Below the pieces are notes generated by a model, which was not told where the DNA came from, did not search any database, and saw only the letters and a list, made by a program, of their open reading frames with translations. Below are positions 26,300 through 39,454 of a stretch of 64,000 nt of DNA, piece by piece. Each line of letters begins with the position of its first letter. Position 1 is the stretch's first letter. This DNA is from Raillietiella orientalis (lineage: Eukaryota), in assembly GCA_036172245.1 (NCBI GenBank), contig JAYWIR010000010.1, positions 3,596,001 to 3,660,000 on the forward strand, written 5' to 3'. A program made the translations under genes and the position numbers.

Positions 26300-27979
26300 T
26301 GTTTGAAAACAAAACAACACAAAAATCAGTTGTTCCATAGTGAGATGGAAAGCAGGTTGTTCAGTGTAGTAGTAATGCCGCTGCTATCCATGGCTCCCTG
26401 CTTCCTCTGGGATTACCAGAGTGACCAAACCGTGACATCTTCCTTGAGAATTAAGAAACGAGTTTCACAGTGAAGGCAGTGTTCTTCCCGAACCAAGTGG
26501 TTGCAGCACTATTCACTTTGCTGGAGTAAACGCCGCTGGCGGCCGGATTGCAGGTCGCTAAACATAAACTGCAACTGAGAAGTGAGGCTGAGTCCAGAAA
26601 GGCAACCCTTCCATTTCGCTGCCATGTAGCGACCACATTGCTGGTTGCGAATGGCACGAATGAGGACACGAGACTCGTACAGTCCCTCACCACCTCCAAG
26701 AGCACCCATTAAGGTTTTTTTGGAGATCCAACTTCTCCACCAGTGTTTGTTTGTGACTCGGTTTACATCTCTTAGAATCCCAAGTACAAAGTTACATATT
26801 CTTCCTTAAAAGTGTCTCATGCTGCAGTTAAGATGCAAAAAAAAGGACCCCATGGTTCATCCTATGCTATTAAAGTTCTCCATGTGAACGATGAATAAAA
26901 GGAATGGAACCGAAATTTTGGCACGGCATTATTGTTAAGGGGGATATAAACAGATGAAGAGACGATTTTCGTCCATCCTCTTCTCCTGTCTCTACGAAAG
27001 TTTTGCATTTTCGGCATTCATTATTCAAGATGTCCGATGTGAATCTTGAAGGGCCTGCCGCCCTCTCTCCAAAATGCTAACTCTACAGTGACAGCCCAAT
27101 TGGAATCAAATAGTATTCGGGAAGCATGCACGAGAGCTATGCCCACGAAAAGGAATCGACGGCATTGAGTTGTGACAGTCAAAGGCCGTGATTTATGAAC
27201 CGCTACAGCAGCGAAAAAAATGTATGCATAAAAAAAAAAAAACATGTCGAGTCCAACATGCAAGCCTAAGGAACGATTCCTTCTGCTTGATAGTTGCAGA
27301 TGTTCCCAGATTAAATCATACATTATAGCTGGAGCGCTTCAGGCTGTTTTTTTTTTTTTGTTACTGCTGACTTGAACAAGATGAACAACTTGATAAGATG
27401 AAGAACTGACCTGGAGGAATTCAGCAACTTTGAGGCTGCGAAGAAATATCGTGGCTCCCCAAATTTGATTTGACGCAATGTACACAGTCCTCGTGGAACT
27501 CTTTTTGGGATTTGGAGATTTTGGAAATGTTACTCCCAAAAGGCACCCTCATTATGCCCTGCTTCCAGCATTGGAAGGTTCTCGCACACTTGTCACACAT
27601 GAACCAGATTTAGGGATGCTTTTGCGATTTCAAGCCACAGAGGATCCGAATCCACGCTATACGGTGGGTTTTTGTCAAATCTGACTCAGGCATTAAATGC
27701 TAACCGAATTTGCCATTGGCCTCTTCGGAACGGACAGTCATCCGTTTGTTGCATGGTGGTGATGGTAGTGGACTATTGTGACAGACTATCACCATGATAG
27801 ATCACAGAACAGGAAGCTTGTCTTCCTGCAAGTGACCTCTACAGCTAGGCAATTTGATGTCTAGTTGTAGTGGTCACTCTTGAACTCAGTTCTCGAAAAA
27901 TAGCGATGCTGAGGGAAGAGTCAAATACGTCCAAACAAATGCACGTATTTACAGGAAAAAAAATAACTCTCCGTGTTTG

Positions 27980-29350
27980 GATGTCACTGTTTTGACCAAT
28001 CTCTCGGGAATGGAACCAAAATGAATTTTGGGTTCCATGACGGCGGAGTGAACATGAGCAGTCCGTTTCCTAGCCCTGTTAAATGCCCAGATGAATGGAG
28101 CATTTTCGTTAAGCTTGGAGAAGACTCCAGATGTTTCTCAGATGAGGAACCGAATTCTCTAGATGATGTGTTTTTTTTCTTTTTTGGTCTTATTTATGGA
28201 TACATTCGCAGACTTTGCATCTGCCGCTTCGACCGGCCCTCACACGTGCACGTACTTTCCTCATAGGAATGAGCCTTCAAGTCAAATCCAAACAGTGCCC
28301 GCCCCAGAAACGGTGACAGACTAACAACCCCTCTCGTCACGTCCTCAGTTAAACCGGGAGTTGGTGCACGGAACACATTTTTCATAAAGGCCTTACCTGA
28401 TTTCCTACAGACTGGTCTTCGAAGAGCCAGGACACAATTGCCTTCGAGGTAATATCGTTTAGAACGTAATCCGTTTCTTTTGACCCATTCATTGAAAACT
28501 GCGGTGTGAATCTGTGCTGCACTTCTCTAGAGTGAAAAAACCATTGCCAGCTGCTCTTCACCAAGTACACTCAACTTTGCTCGGTGGTGGCGATGCTATC
28601 CTGAGGCTCGGCCAGCGTCTTCACCACAAACTCATTTCTCAGCTGAGACACGCTTCTGACTGGAGAGCACAGTGACAATTTTTCTTCCGCTCTTTGATTA
28701 TTTGACTAAGATCTGGGAAGACGGCTTTTCAATGCAACAACCGGAGACTGCGCAGAAGGAAAACAAACTTTGGGGATTCGTTTACATGCTCGGGAAACAG
28801 GTAATAACACAAACTTCCAAATACCTTCCTCATATTTGTTTGCGATGGCTCTGAGTGTGGTTTCTATCCCTTTTTTTTTCCTCCTCACATTCTTTTCTGC
28901 TGTCCTCCGATGGCTGAAACGCCTCAAAACTTGCTTGGCTCTTGGGGAGAGAGAGAATCTTGTTGGATCACTTTTGGTGATGTTTTGTTACGAGAGAAGC
29001 TCAAGAAGAATAAGTGGCGGCGAGCTTGACTCAGGTGCGCCAAGGAAGTTCGGGAATGCCCACCTAGGACTCCGGGAAGTAGGATGACACCCAAGCGAGG
29101 AAAGACGCAAAATTCTGCTTCCGCGGAGGCTCTTCATCAGCTGCGAAGTATTCGGAGTCTTGAGCAAATTCGAAATGCTCCATCCTTACGGGCGTGATTT
29201 TCGAGCGTTGCTAGGAGAAAGACTCTTTCGTAGAGTAACGCGTCAATTTCAAACTTCCTGGTCACGACCTTCATTAAAAATAACGGATTTGAACAGAAGG
29301 ATTCATTCTCACTCTGCAGCATCGGAGACGCCTGGAAAATGCACTTCATG
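27980..29350 (-). mobile_element. Degenerate Ty3/gypsy pol remnant (RT start and integrase)
   Basis: 'RKDGAFRICSRLRIL' (KDGxxRxCxDYRxLN-like) at ~29150-29195; integrase-like 'LNDITSKAIVSWLFE' at ~28415-28460. Confidence 0.45.
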
Positions 29351-29866
29351 AGAGTGAGCTCCTGAATACAAAAAAGATACGCTTCTCTTCGCTACCGGTC
29401 GATGGGGAGGTGGCTTACGTGGCCAGCAAAAAAAATGAATTATTTCAAATACAAATCTATGTGAGACACATACAGTTTGGAATCGAGGCCCTAGCTAGTC
29501 AAAAAAACAAAAATTCCGAATATCCAGAAGTCCCTTTCAAGAATTTTTCCTGTCTTTCATCAGAACACGTAAGCGTCATCAGGTATTAAGCTAGAGAGTG
29601 CAAGAAAATGACAAAAGAAAATAAAGATGACAGTTATCACCGTTGAGAATAATTAGAATCAAGATTGGGGAACGTAAGAGTCAAAGAAAAGTGCAAAATC
29701 AAAAGAGAAAAAGAAACAAAAACAAAAGCAGTTCGAGGGGACATCCTGGACAAATCAGTCAATTCTGGGAAAATGCTGGCGGAATGTGTTTTGTTGTTTA
29801 TCTGTTTCCATGAGGTCAGCTTCCATGTTTGAGGTGCAATGTAGCAGAATGAAGAAGGTGACTCAC

Positions 29867-30011
29867 TCAGAGTTTCTGCCGGAACGCGACGCATGGTGCC
29901 ACACGCAGGAGCCTTAGCCACAAAACCTCCTACGCGGGCTTTGAGTGAGAGGTTTTGTGGCTAAGGCTCCTGCGTGTGGCACCATGCGTCGCGTTCCGGC
30001 AGAAACTCTGA
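29867..30011. repeat. Perfect 63-bp inverted repeat, 19-nt spacer
   Basis: 29867-29929 is the exact reverse complement of 29949-30011. Confidence 0.97.
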
Positions 30012-30879
30012 CGCCACTGCGTCGTTGGGTTCCGAGTTTCTCCTGCAATGGCGCTGGTTGGCCGAGACATTCGGACGTGGTACCGACGGTGAATAAAGCC
30101 GGAGGCTCCCGATGAAGGTCGGAACAATGGGAGTCGACCTTCGAACCCTTCCAGGAATCAAGGAGTGGGGAGTTCCCCCTCCTGTCGTGCAACGGAAAGC
30201 GGACCCCCCCACCGGGGGACCCTCCGAGTCGTCGTCTCTTCACAGAGTGCACAAGGAAGCAAGCAAGAGCGATTCCCCTGCGCGAAGCTCCAGCGCCCCT
30301 TCTGAGTTTCGGAAGCGTCCCTTAGGGGTTCTCTTCAGAGGAGTGAACAGGAGCGGTTCCCTTGCGGGTTCCCTCCGGAGAAGAAGAAGAAGAAAAAAGG
30401 TGTCTCACATAATCAAAGAGACAGAGAGAATCCTGTAGTCCTTTCTGGTAGTCAGTCCTTCATTTTGAGAAAACCTGAGGGGGCCACGAAATTATACCGC
30501 AAACGGAACGCTGCGTTCGTCCACGAGACGAAGGAATTGGAGCGTTCGCGAGCAAAGTTCATATTTGCCGCATTAAACGCATTGGGACGTGTTATTGTGA
30601 TTAATGTGTTATTGTTATTGTGATTACTCAAGGGAGAGGAAAAACCAACAGTTGACCTGTGAGAGGCATGGAGATTGAATTCTAAGAGTTTCGAAAGAGC
30701 AGAGCAGCTACCTTTCCTTGCTCCACTCGGGCACTCGGCCTCACTCCGCCGATCCCCCAGGCCAGAGATCGGACTGTTGGTACATCGAAGTCGTCGGGAC
30801 CACGCACGCAGAGCTTTTCAGATTCGGGGTCCCGGACCGAAAATCAGATCGTGCGATATTCGGCTCCCCGTGCACCCAT

Positions 30880-31470
30880 CCCCCCTCAAATATCATGTAG
30901 ACACAGTGAGCTGCCTTGAGGAAACTTCGTTCGGGGCCAAAGATTTGATGAATGCCAAAGGACAGTTATTGGGGGAAAACATTTAATTTACTCCGACTGC
31001 AAATATCCTCAGCGGAGAGACCCTGACCTTTTTCTGACATTTGAGCGTCCGAGGGAGTTCATTTCAAAAGAAACTGCCACCCTGATTGGATCCCGAGGCA
31101 GGAACGAATCCGTCTGCTCCGAATCTATGTTCGGGTGACCCACACCGCGTGGTCACAGTCCGGCGAGAAGGAAATCACTTCCAGCCTGCGAGTCATTTCA
31201 CACAAGGCAGCATGGACACCCCCTGCTCCGAAACATCTGCATCGAGGGAAGGCCATGCCCTGCATCGCGCTCCAGGCAGTCTTCTGTTAAACCTCGAGCG
31301 GCTCCGACTTGCGGGCTCCTCTCACCAGGGATGGACTTTCTTAGTCCAGGTCAAGCAAGTCACTATGAAACGTTGGAAACTGGTGGACTCCACTCAGTCT
31401 ATCCTGGAGACGTGGGGAAACAGATTTGGATTCAGCTTCAAGCTGAATCAAAATCTGATGAAGTAATAGC
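30880..31470 (+). pseudogene. Degenerate non-LTR RT remnant (I/Jockey-like)
   Basis: 'FTQGSMDTP' (PQGSxLSP-like) and 'QSILETWGNRFGFSF' (LxxWxxxxGxxF-like). Confidence 0.3.
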
Positions 31471-31651
31471 ACGTGTCTCTTTGAGTGTCCGGAAACAGTT
31501 CCAGAAGACTTAAGATGGAAGGAGGACAGTGGTCCCGTGATCGACCAGGAACGCCTTCTGGAGCTTCTGGGACACATGTGATTTTCGAGCATCTTTCTGG
31601 CCTATCTGCGTTCTGCTGGAGCAGTACGATTATTAACATCTCTTTCAGCAG

Positions 31652-33595
31652 ACTGTGCACGGTGTGCTGCTGCAACACGGCGGCACCCTGAGCTCCCTCC
31701 TCTTTAGCACCTATTTCGAATCGGTACTGAGAACTTACAGGGAGACGCTCATGCCGCGCGAATATTCCGGCACGCCTGCCATGGCAGCCGATCTTCTGCT
31801 GCTGCTCCCCATGTCCACCCGGGCATCTGCATTCGAGGGTTTCTTCGAGCTGCTCAGCTGCGGGACGGGCTTAAGGGTGAACAGGGCGAAATCGCCCGTG
31901 GTTCCAGTTGGTGCGGCGTGGGCAGGACGGCCGGACTGGGTCTGCTTGGGGATCCCCACGGTCGGGTACTTGAAGTACCTGGACGTTCCGTTGTGGGACT
32001 TGTGCGTCGCAGAAGTCTGGTCCGGCCGTCTTCAAAAAGTGGAATAGCGCTCGGTCCACCAAGGAGACAGGTTTTACTCGCCGGAACGGGCTGCAGTGTG
32101 GAACGCGTTTGCGACTTTCCTCCTCTGCCATCTGCTTTGTGTTTGCTTTGCTCCTGCGGCCATCCAAAAGAGGACCGCAGACCTCCCCAGAAAAGCACTG
32201 TGGAGCTCAAGGAGGTCCAGAGTCCGGTTAAAGGACGTTTGCTCTCCACGTGGACTGGGCTTCCTTACTCTGGGGGGAGCGGATGGAGCATCAGCTCCAA
32301 TTCCGAAGAATCGTACTGGCGTCGAAGCTGTAGGCAATATCATTGTGCACAAGGACACGCATTCTTGCAAAGCAAGCAACCGGCTGCGGGGGCTGACTTC
32401 AGTCTTCGTGTCTATTGATCGAAGTTTGAACCATGTTGGTTTGCAGCTCCGAAAAATGGCTGCCTTCCTCCGGAGGAATCCTTGAATCTCCGTCCTACCT
32501 GCAAACTGGACTGCCTGGCTGCAGGAGTCAGTTTCCGCATGGGGAGAGATCCACGGCTCGAGCAAGGCGGAGTATATCTGTCTGCGGAACACCAGATGTA
32601 CTCGTCAGCCCTTGAGGGAGATCTTCGGAAACACAAGGAAGCTGCTTTGGGCGTCGTTTACCCTCCTTGCACCAGTGCTACCCTTACGATAGGAAGCAAG
32701 TGACAGCGACCTTCCGGCCAACTGGGAAGTGACGTGTACCATCAACAATAGAAAAAATGCAAAGAAAAAGTGCGTGGAGATCTCGGGAGCTGATGGATGC
32801 CGCGACCCTGATTGTGCCCCCAAGAGGACGCCTAAGCTGGGGAGAGCTACTATAAATTCCTCTGCAGGAGGTGCAGTGGCCCCAGTGTGCTGGAACAGTG
32901 CAACCCCCATTTCAAGTGGCAAGAGTCGGCGTTCCTGCTGTTGCAATGGGGCCTCCCGTGCAGTGCCCGCCGACACCATTGGACCCGGGGGAGTGCGAGC
33001 TCGAGCTGCAACAGGTGCGGAGAAAAAGAGTCACTCACGCACCTGCTCATGGGTTATGTTGCACTCCATCCCTTGTATGAACGCTTTACCGCGTCCCTGA
33101 GGATCCCCGAGGGCAACTCCAGGGACGTTTTAAAGCTCCTCTTCCTGCTCAACTCCCTCACGTCAGCCGCCTCCCTAGCAGCATTTGGCTGCCCACGCGG
33201 CGGGATCGTGGCTGCATGGAACAACGCCAGAGTCCAGCACGGAAGGCACGCCATCTATTTTGCTGTCCTCTTCATGACGATAGCGTCAAGATGACCCCAT
33301 CTGGGGGCTTTGAAATAGGAACTTGCCGGCATCCTGCGAAGGATGCAGAGGACTCCCTCCAGCACCCGGTGATCCCTTCCCGAACCCTCCCAATTTTTTG
33401 TTTATATATTTTTTTGTTTTATTTTTCTTTTTTTTTGTTTCCCCTTCCCCTCTGCTGCCGAACCTCGCCGGCCTGCGCGCCGGTTCTCGGCAGGTTCTTT
33501 TCAGTATATTTATGACGTGGCAGGACCAAGAGTCCTGCCACTGACCTGTATGTTTATTTTTTTTTTATAAATAAACGTTTCGGCTCAACCGGATG
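31652..33595 (+). mobile_element. 5'-truncated, frameshifted L1/Tx1-clade LINE copy
   Basis: 'LSSLLFSTYFESVLRTYRETL', 'VNRAKS', 'YLDVPL', Zn finger 'CNRCGEKESLTHLL', 3' UTR hairpins and terminal motif at 33570-33595. Confidence 0.9.
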
Positions 33596-35191
33596 CCAAT
33601 CGACTACCCTTCTGCAAGACCAGGTAGGTCTTCACGATCGAAAGTTTTTCACTGTATTTTCTTAAGAATTTTGCCTTCCTCTTTCTGCTTCTCTTTTTAT
33701 GTCCAACTTCCAAACTCATTCGAAGACGTTTTCGTATGTTCCTTGAAGAACATCCTCCACGTCTTACTCCCTCATAATCAGGCACACAGTCCGTGTTGTT
33801 CGTGTCTTCTAAAACATAATTTAAAACTTTATTCACTTATCTGCTGCTCACCATCTCATTCCTGCCAAGCACTGAATGAAGATAAACGACTAAACGATGG
33901 TCGGTCAACCGAATATTGACACCTCTGACATGGTTTCACGAAATGGAACTCAACGTGGTGGATTCTTGCTGGTCTGAGAATTATGACCACCATGCAGGTA
34001 ACAAGGAAGCTACTATTATTTTAATTTGGGATCTCCGTTCCCTTTCTGTATTAGCTGATTTGCTTTCTCCTTGACGTGAGGATCGCTCCTCTTTGTGCCG
34101 TCTACCTTTCGAATTTCGCTTTCTCTTTTTAAGAACAGGTTTTTGCACACTTGAGGACTTGTGTGCAAAATGTGCCTTGGGTGATTGTGAACGTCAGTTC
34201 TATAAGCAGGTAGATTTTTTCATGCGTTCTTTCCTTTCGGTGGAATTCAAGCAATGAAGTGCACCTTCCTCTTCTGGGATAGTGAATTTCTAGAAATTGG
34301 AACAATCTTTCAGTTTTTGCTCAGCCCCCTGATTGCTTGGTTTTCCAATTTTTTCAAGAGGAAGGAAAGGAAGCAGATGGTAGAAACGAGTGCGACCTTG
34401 GCTGTGGCAAAGGAAACTGAACTCTGTCAACTCTGGTAGCATCTACGGTCTTGCTTCCATTACGCAAAAGGTCGCAAAGAAAGCAGAACCTTCACGCAAA
34501 GACGTAACCGTTCCAACATTTCGATGTCTTTACGGATCAAAAACAACGAACAGCAATTTTTCACCTACGCGCTCCCCAGAAGAAATGCAACCTTTCTGTA
34601 GTCATTGGGATCCCTGGATTATTTTTGGATTTCAGTATGGTCGTTGTTCTAAAGTCGAAGAGGACTCAGAGAAGATCCATAGCCTTCTTGGAGAGTCATT
34701 GCATGAGCACTACAGAAGACGGAAAGCTGCTCATCAGTTTCGACTGAGATTCAAGGGTGCAGAGCCCTTTCAGAAGAACGCTGCTTTCAGGATTTTTCCA
34801 AGTGGGAAACATCAGAGAAGCGAGAAACAGTTTTCTCTTCGATTCCATCTCCTCCCTCTTGTAGAAATGTTTCTTCCCGGTCAAATCCATATGGCACCAC
34901 TACCCACCTCAAGGACAACATCTGGCTTCTTTCAAATTTTGCATCTTTTTTGAACGACAAACGCGTTTTCAAAAGCGCCACATGGACCGTTTCCAAATGT
35001 TGGTGATCAAGGATGCGATTTTCCTCGTATGCTTTCTGGATACTGTGAGCTCTTGGAAACAGACCATGACACTCTATCTTGTTTAGAAAAACTCTTGAAG
35101 AACCACACTGAGATAATAATAAACACTTTTCTGTACACTGCCACGATCGATAATAAAGCTTTTCATGATTTGCTTGTTTCTTCCCAACTCG

Positions 35192-35540
35192 ATAAGCAAG
35201 ATGTTCAAAATTGATAGAGAAACAATATATTGGTGGAGAAAAAGGAGAGAAGAAACAGGAAGCATAAAACCATCTTCAGGCTATCAAAAAGGGCATAGCC
35301 ATAAAAGCAAAGACCTAGGCAGTTTTGCCAATTTTCTAGATGAAAATCGAGATATTACAGTTGAAAAGATTGAAAAATTTGGCAAGATGTGCAAGGAAAC
35401 AGTGTATAGCTATCTCAAAAAAGTTAACTATGCATATAAAAAAAAACTTTACCAGGAAAGCGATAAAGAAAAACGCAAGGAATTAATTAAAAAAGTAGCG
35501 AAAATAAAAGAAGATTTAGTATTTATAGACGAATCAGGCA
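35192..35540 (+). mobile_element. Bacterial-type IS630 family transposase fragment (N-terminal HTH to first catalytic Asp)
   Basis: 'ISKMFKIDRETIYWWRKRREETGSIKPSSGYQKGHSHK..LKKVNYAYKKKLYQESDKEKR..LVFIDESG'. AT-rich; A9 run (35438-35446) at the position of the IS630 frameshift window; no TIRs seen. Confidence 0.75.
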
Positions 35541-36707
35541 AAGTCACATCTGCGTCCATCGTCTGGAACAAAATCCGTTTTGTTACTTATTGACCAGCAA
35601 TTCAATGATGTGCACAAAAGTCTACTCTTTTCTTTCCTCTTATCTCTTTCCAATGGCTAATGAATTTACTGTTGAGTCATGGAAGCATCTGTCTAAAATT
35701 CAAGTTTTTCCTTTTTATTAATGATTGCTGACTGCAGCCTGAATTCACTTTTTCTTTCTTTGTTTCTGAATTGGCTCTTCCATTCCTGCCAGTGCTGTTC
35801 GTCAGAGTTTATGAGGGAACGCCGAGACGCACAGACCCAACCAGACCTCTAGGTGATGAGGCAGAATGAGACGCACAAGATCTTTAGGGACCATCCGCTG
35901 GACTTCCTGCTAGCTAAAATTCCAAATTTTTCTAAAACAGAACTGACCCAAAGAAGGGAGTGACAAGATATCGGTTGAAGCTCGGAATGATCGCCTACCT
36001 TCGAACCTCTGTGGCAACCCTTCCGCAGCCTTCTCTTTCCTCGACTGAATTCTTCTTCCTCAATGCATTTTCAATACATGGAATCGTAACTAGATGCTCG
36101 TGCACTTGCATCTTCCATCAACTGTTCCAACAGAGTTTCGTCACCATTCCCCATCTCTTCTTTCCTTCTGCAACAGCGACTTTCTTCCCCATCAGGTCAG
36201 GAGGGGACTTGGGCGTTTTTGGCGCTTCACAACTCCCTGCAATTCTTGTATTTGGAAACAAGGAAGTATCAACGCTTAGCTTGATTTGTGGATGCCCTAG
36301 GCATTCTGACTAGCCCCTGCTTCGCAACTCGCCCTCAGTCGTATCTTATCCCCTTTTTTGATGGGTACTGCCAAATGTCTTCTGGATTTTTAGTTCCCTC
36401 ATCAAGGCGTCGCCTTCAGATCTCAGGAGTTCCACGACGGACCCTCATCAAATTATCCGGCACGCCTTTGGACGCGAAGTGGAGGAACATTCCTTCGAGA
36501 CCGCTATCCTCCTAGTTCGTGATCAGTGATCAGATCCTAACCCGTGATCAGTCCGGGACAGACGTAGGCTGTTCCCGGACGAACCATGGAGTACAACCTG
36601 CTCCTCACGAGCACATAGTGGCAGTCGCAAACAAGGTTTGCGATGGAGGGTCACGAGAATCCTGGATTCTCTTCTGACCAGGGGATGGGAAGGCCATTAA
36701 AGTACGC

Positions 36708-38867
36708 CTGGAGCCCTTACGGTCGCAGTCGATTTGCATAAAGCTCTCGACTGCGTCGACCAGGAGCTCCTTCTGGAGCTTCTGGAACGCATGGGGTTTC
36801 CGGCCGTCTTCCTGGCCTACCTGCGCTCCTGCTGGCGCTTCGCGTACATGAACATTAATTTCAGCGACCGGCACGTGTACGGCGTGCCGGTTCGTCGTGG
36901 AATTCGGTAGGGACACAGCCTCAACCCTCTGCTCTTCAGCATCTACTTTGAGTTGGTGCTGAGAACATACAGGGAGACTTTGGCAACCCTGCCGAGCCTG
37001 TGTCCCAGCACGCCTGCCGTGTCGGCCTACGCCGACGACCTTCTGCTCCTGCTACCCAGATCCACCCCGGCATCGGCGCTCGAGGATTTCTTCGAGCTGC
37101 TGCGCCGCGGGACAGGCCTGGAGGTGAACAAGACGAAGTCGTCCTTGATATTTACGGACTCGTCGCGGGCAGGACGGTCGAACTGGATTCGCTTGGGGAT
37201 CCCCACGGGCGAGCACTTCAAGTACCTTGGCGTTCCGTTGGGAGACTTCTGCGCAGCAGAAGCCAGGTCCGACCGTCTCCAAAAGGCATCGCTGGCGATC
37301 GGTCCGTTCCACGAAGGCAAGTTTTACTTGCAGGAACGGGCCGCGGTGTGGAACGCTTTCGCAGCCCCCTTCCTTCGCCCCTTACATTTTGTGTGTCCCT
37401 CCCCTCCCAAATCAGACACGGACAAGGGGCTTCATCAGGCCCTTTGGGGCAACCGGAGGTCCCGCGTCCGACTTAAAGACTTGTGTGCTCCTCGCAGGGA
37501 CGGTGGACTTGGTCTCTTGACGTGTGAGCGTATGGAGCGTCAGCTCCAATTTAGGAAACTCGCCCTGGTGGCGAAACACTGGATTGCGCCGCGGTGTGCG
37601 CCTACACGACTTCTCGCCTACAGCGCAACCGGCTGCTACGGATTGACCTCCATCCTAGTGGCTAACGACCGTAGCCTGAACCATTGTGGGTTTCAGCTAC
37701 GGAACATGGTTGCCTTGGTGAGGGGAAACCCGTGGATCTCCTGCGGCCCCGCAAACTGGACTACCTGGCTCCAGGAGTCCGTTTCCACTTGGGCAAAGAT
37801 CAACAGCTCCAGCGATGTGGACTTCTCCTGCCTCCGTCGAGGCAGGTACGCTGACCAGCCCCTGCAAGAGATCGTTTCCAACCCACGTAAACTTCTGTGG
37901 ACTTCATTCACCTCCCTTGCCTCCGTGCTGCCCTCCCTCAGAGAAGCTAGGGACAGCCAAGAGGAGGCAATGTGGGAAGTGTCCTCCTTCATTGGAGGCA
38001 GGAAAAAGCTAATGAAGGCGTGGACGTCCAGGGAACTAGCGGACGCTACACCCCCGAGTGTCCCGCCGAATGGACTTGTGCGCTGAGGCGAGCTGCTGGA
38101 TATACCTCCGGAGGAGGTGAAGAGGCGCCCGGCCTCTTGGGACAACGGCATCCTCTCTTTGGATTGGCAGGAGACGGCGCTGCTTGTGCTCCATTGGGAA
38201 CTTTTAAGCAGAGCACGTCTGTCTCACTGGACATTAGGGAAAATGGATGCCAATTGTACAGAGTGCGGGGAAAGGAAGACCTTCCCCCACTTAATAATCG
38301 AGTGTGTTGCCCTCCGCTCATGTGGGATCGACTCTTGTCGATCCTGAACATTCCGGTGGGCGACCCTAAAAACATTTTTCTTCGCCTCCTGATGCGGGAC
38401 GCCCTGCCAGCCGCCGCGTGTGTTGCAGTTCTCTGCTGCATACGCGGAATTCTGGATAAGTGGACCGCGTCAAGGAGATGCCGCAGCAGTCGGGATGCCA
38501 TTCACTGAGCAGTCATCTCTATGGAGAAGGCTTCTCGTTGGCGCCGGCTGAGAAAAATTCTGTCTGCACTTGTCCGCATCCAAAACCGGATGCAGAGGCC
38601 TCATCACGGCGGACCGTGATACCTTCCCTTACATCCCCTCCGCATTTTCCCCCCTTGTGTTTTTGTTTTTCGTTTTTGTTTTTTTCTGGTTTTCCCGCTC
38701 CCTTCGCCAGTGAAGAGGACCTTACCGTCCTCAGGGTTGATACGGACAAGTGCCCAAGACAGTCAGAACGATGTGATCTGACTGAAAAATAACTCAAAAA
38801 AACAAGACTTTATTATGAAATTTCTTTGTAAAATTTCAATAATAAGAGTCTCGGCTTACCCGGGTGA
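36708..38867 (+). mobile_element. 5'-truncated L1/Tx1-clade LINE copy (RT to 3' end)
   Basis: 'VDLHKALDCV', 'AYADDL', 'YLGVPL', 'LCAPRRDGGLG', Zn finger 'CTECGERKTFPHLIIEC'; internal stops; terminal motif 38841-38867. Confidence 0.92.
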
Positions 38868-38869
38868 AA

Positions 38870-39453
38870 AACTTGCTGGGAGTCCGGTTGTTCCAAGCCC
38901 TGACTGGCCAACCCGGACTGCCAGCTTTGATGCTCGACCCCGGCTCGATACTCCCTCGGTCTTCGGATGTTGGGTTTACTAGAAAAGCGACGAGCGTGGA
39001 GCTACGATCTCTCGTTCCTCACGCCCTCTCCGAATCCTGCGGGAAGACGTTGCATCGGGTACTGTTTGCAGAAGTCATGGACTGAGCGTTTCAACCGGTT
39101 CCAGTCCTCGAGATTCTGCACGCTGAAGTCTCGCTAGAACTCGCAGAGATGCTCCGCAGCTCTCGGGAGGCTCAGACAGTTCCCTGGGAGATGCCACGCG
39201 TAATTCGGGGGACTCCTGTCGTGCGGACGAACTGTCAGCTCCATCTGGGAGTGGTCCGACAGCGCCTACCACACCCTGCGTCGCCTTCTCACCCGTGCGC
39301 ACAGGTGGTTGTCGAGGATGACGTGGTCGATGTATGTCCTCCACCCCGGCCTCTCCAGCCAACGAGTTGAGCGAGTGTACGGACGCGCACGCCTCGTTGG
39401 TCAGGTTGTGCTGGCCGTTCGGCGCCCCTGATAGCAGGCGAAGATTGAAATTT
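38870..39453 (-). mobile_element. Internal LINE ORF2 fragment (APE end + linker)
   Basis: 'NFNLRLLS..NEACASVHS..TYIDHVILD' and 'LPAGFGEGVRN..WQSG' align to the ORF2 at 55329-57605. Confidence 0.85.
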
Positions 39454-39454
39454 C

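Noticed and set aside
30300..30342. Hammerhead-like core on the minus strand (CTGAAGAG...CGAAAC)
   Set aside because: Stem II is out of register and no stem III/cleavage triplet pairing could be built.
34141..34170. 10-bp inverted repeat ttttgcacac/gtgtgcaaaa
   Set aside because: Short enough to arise by chance in 64 kb; no supporting context.
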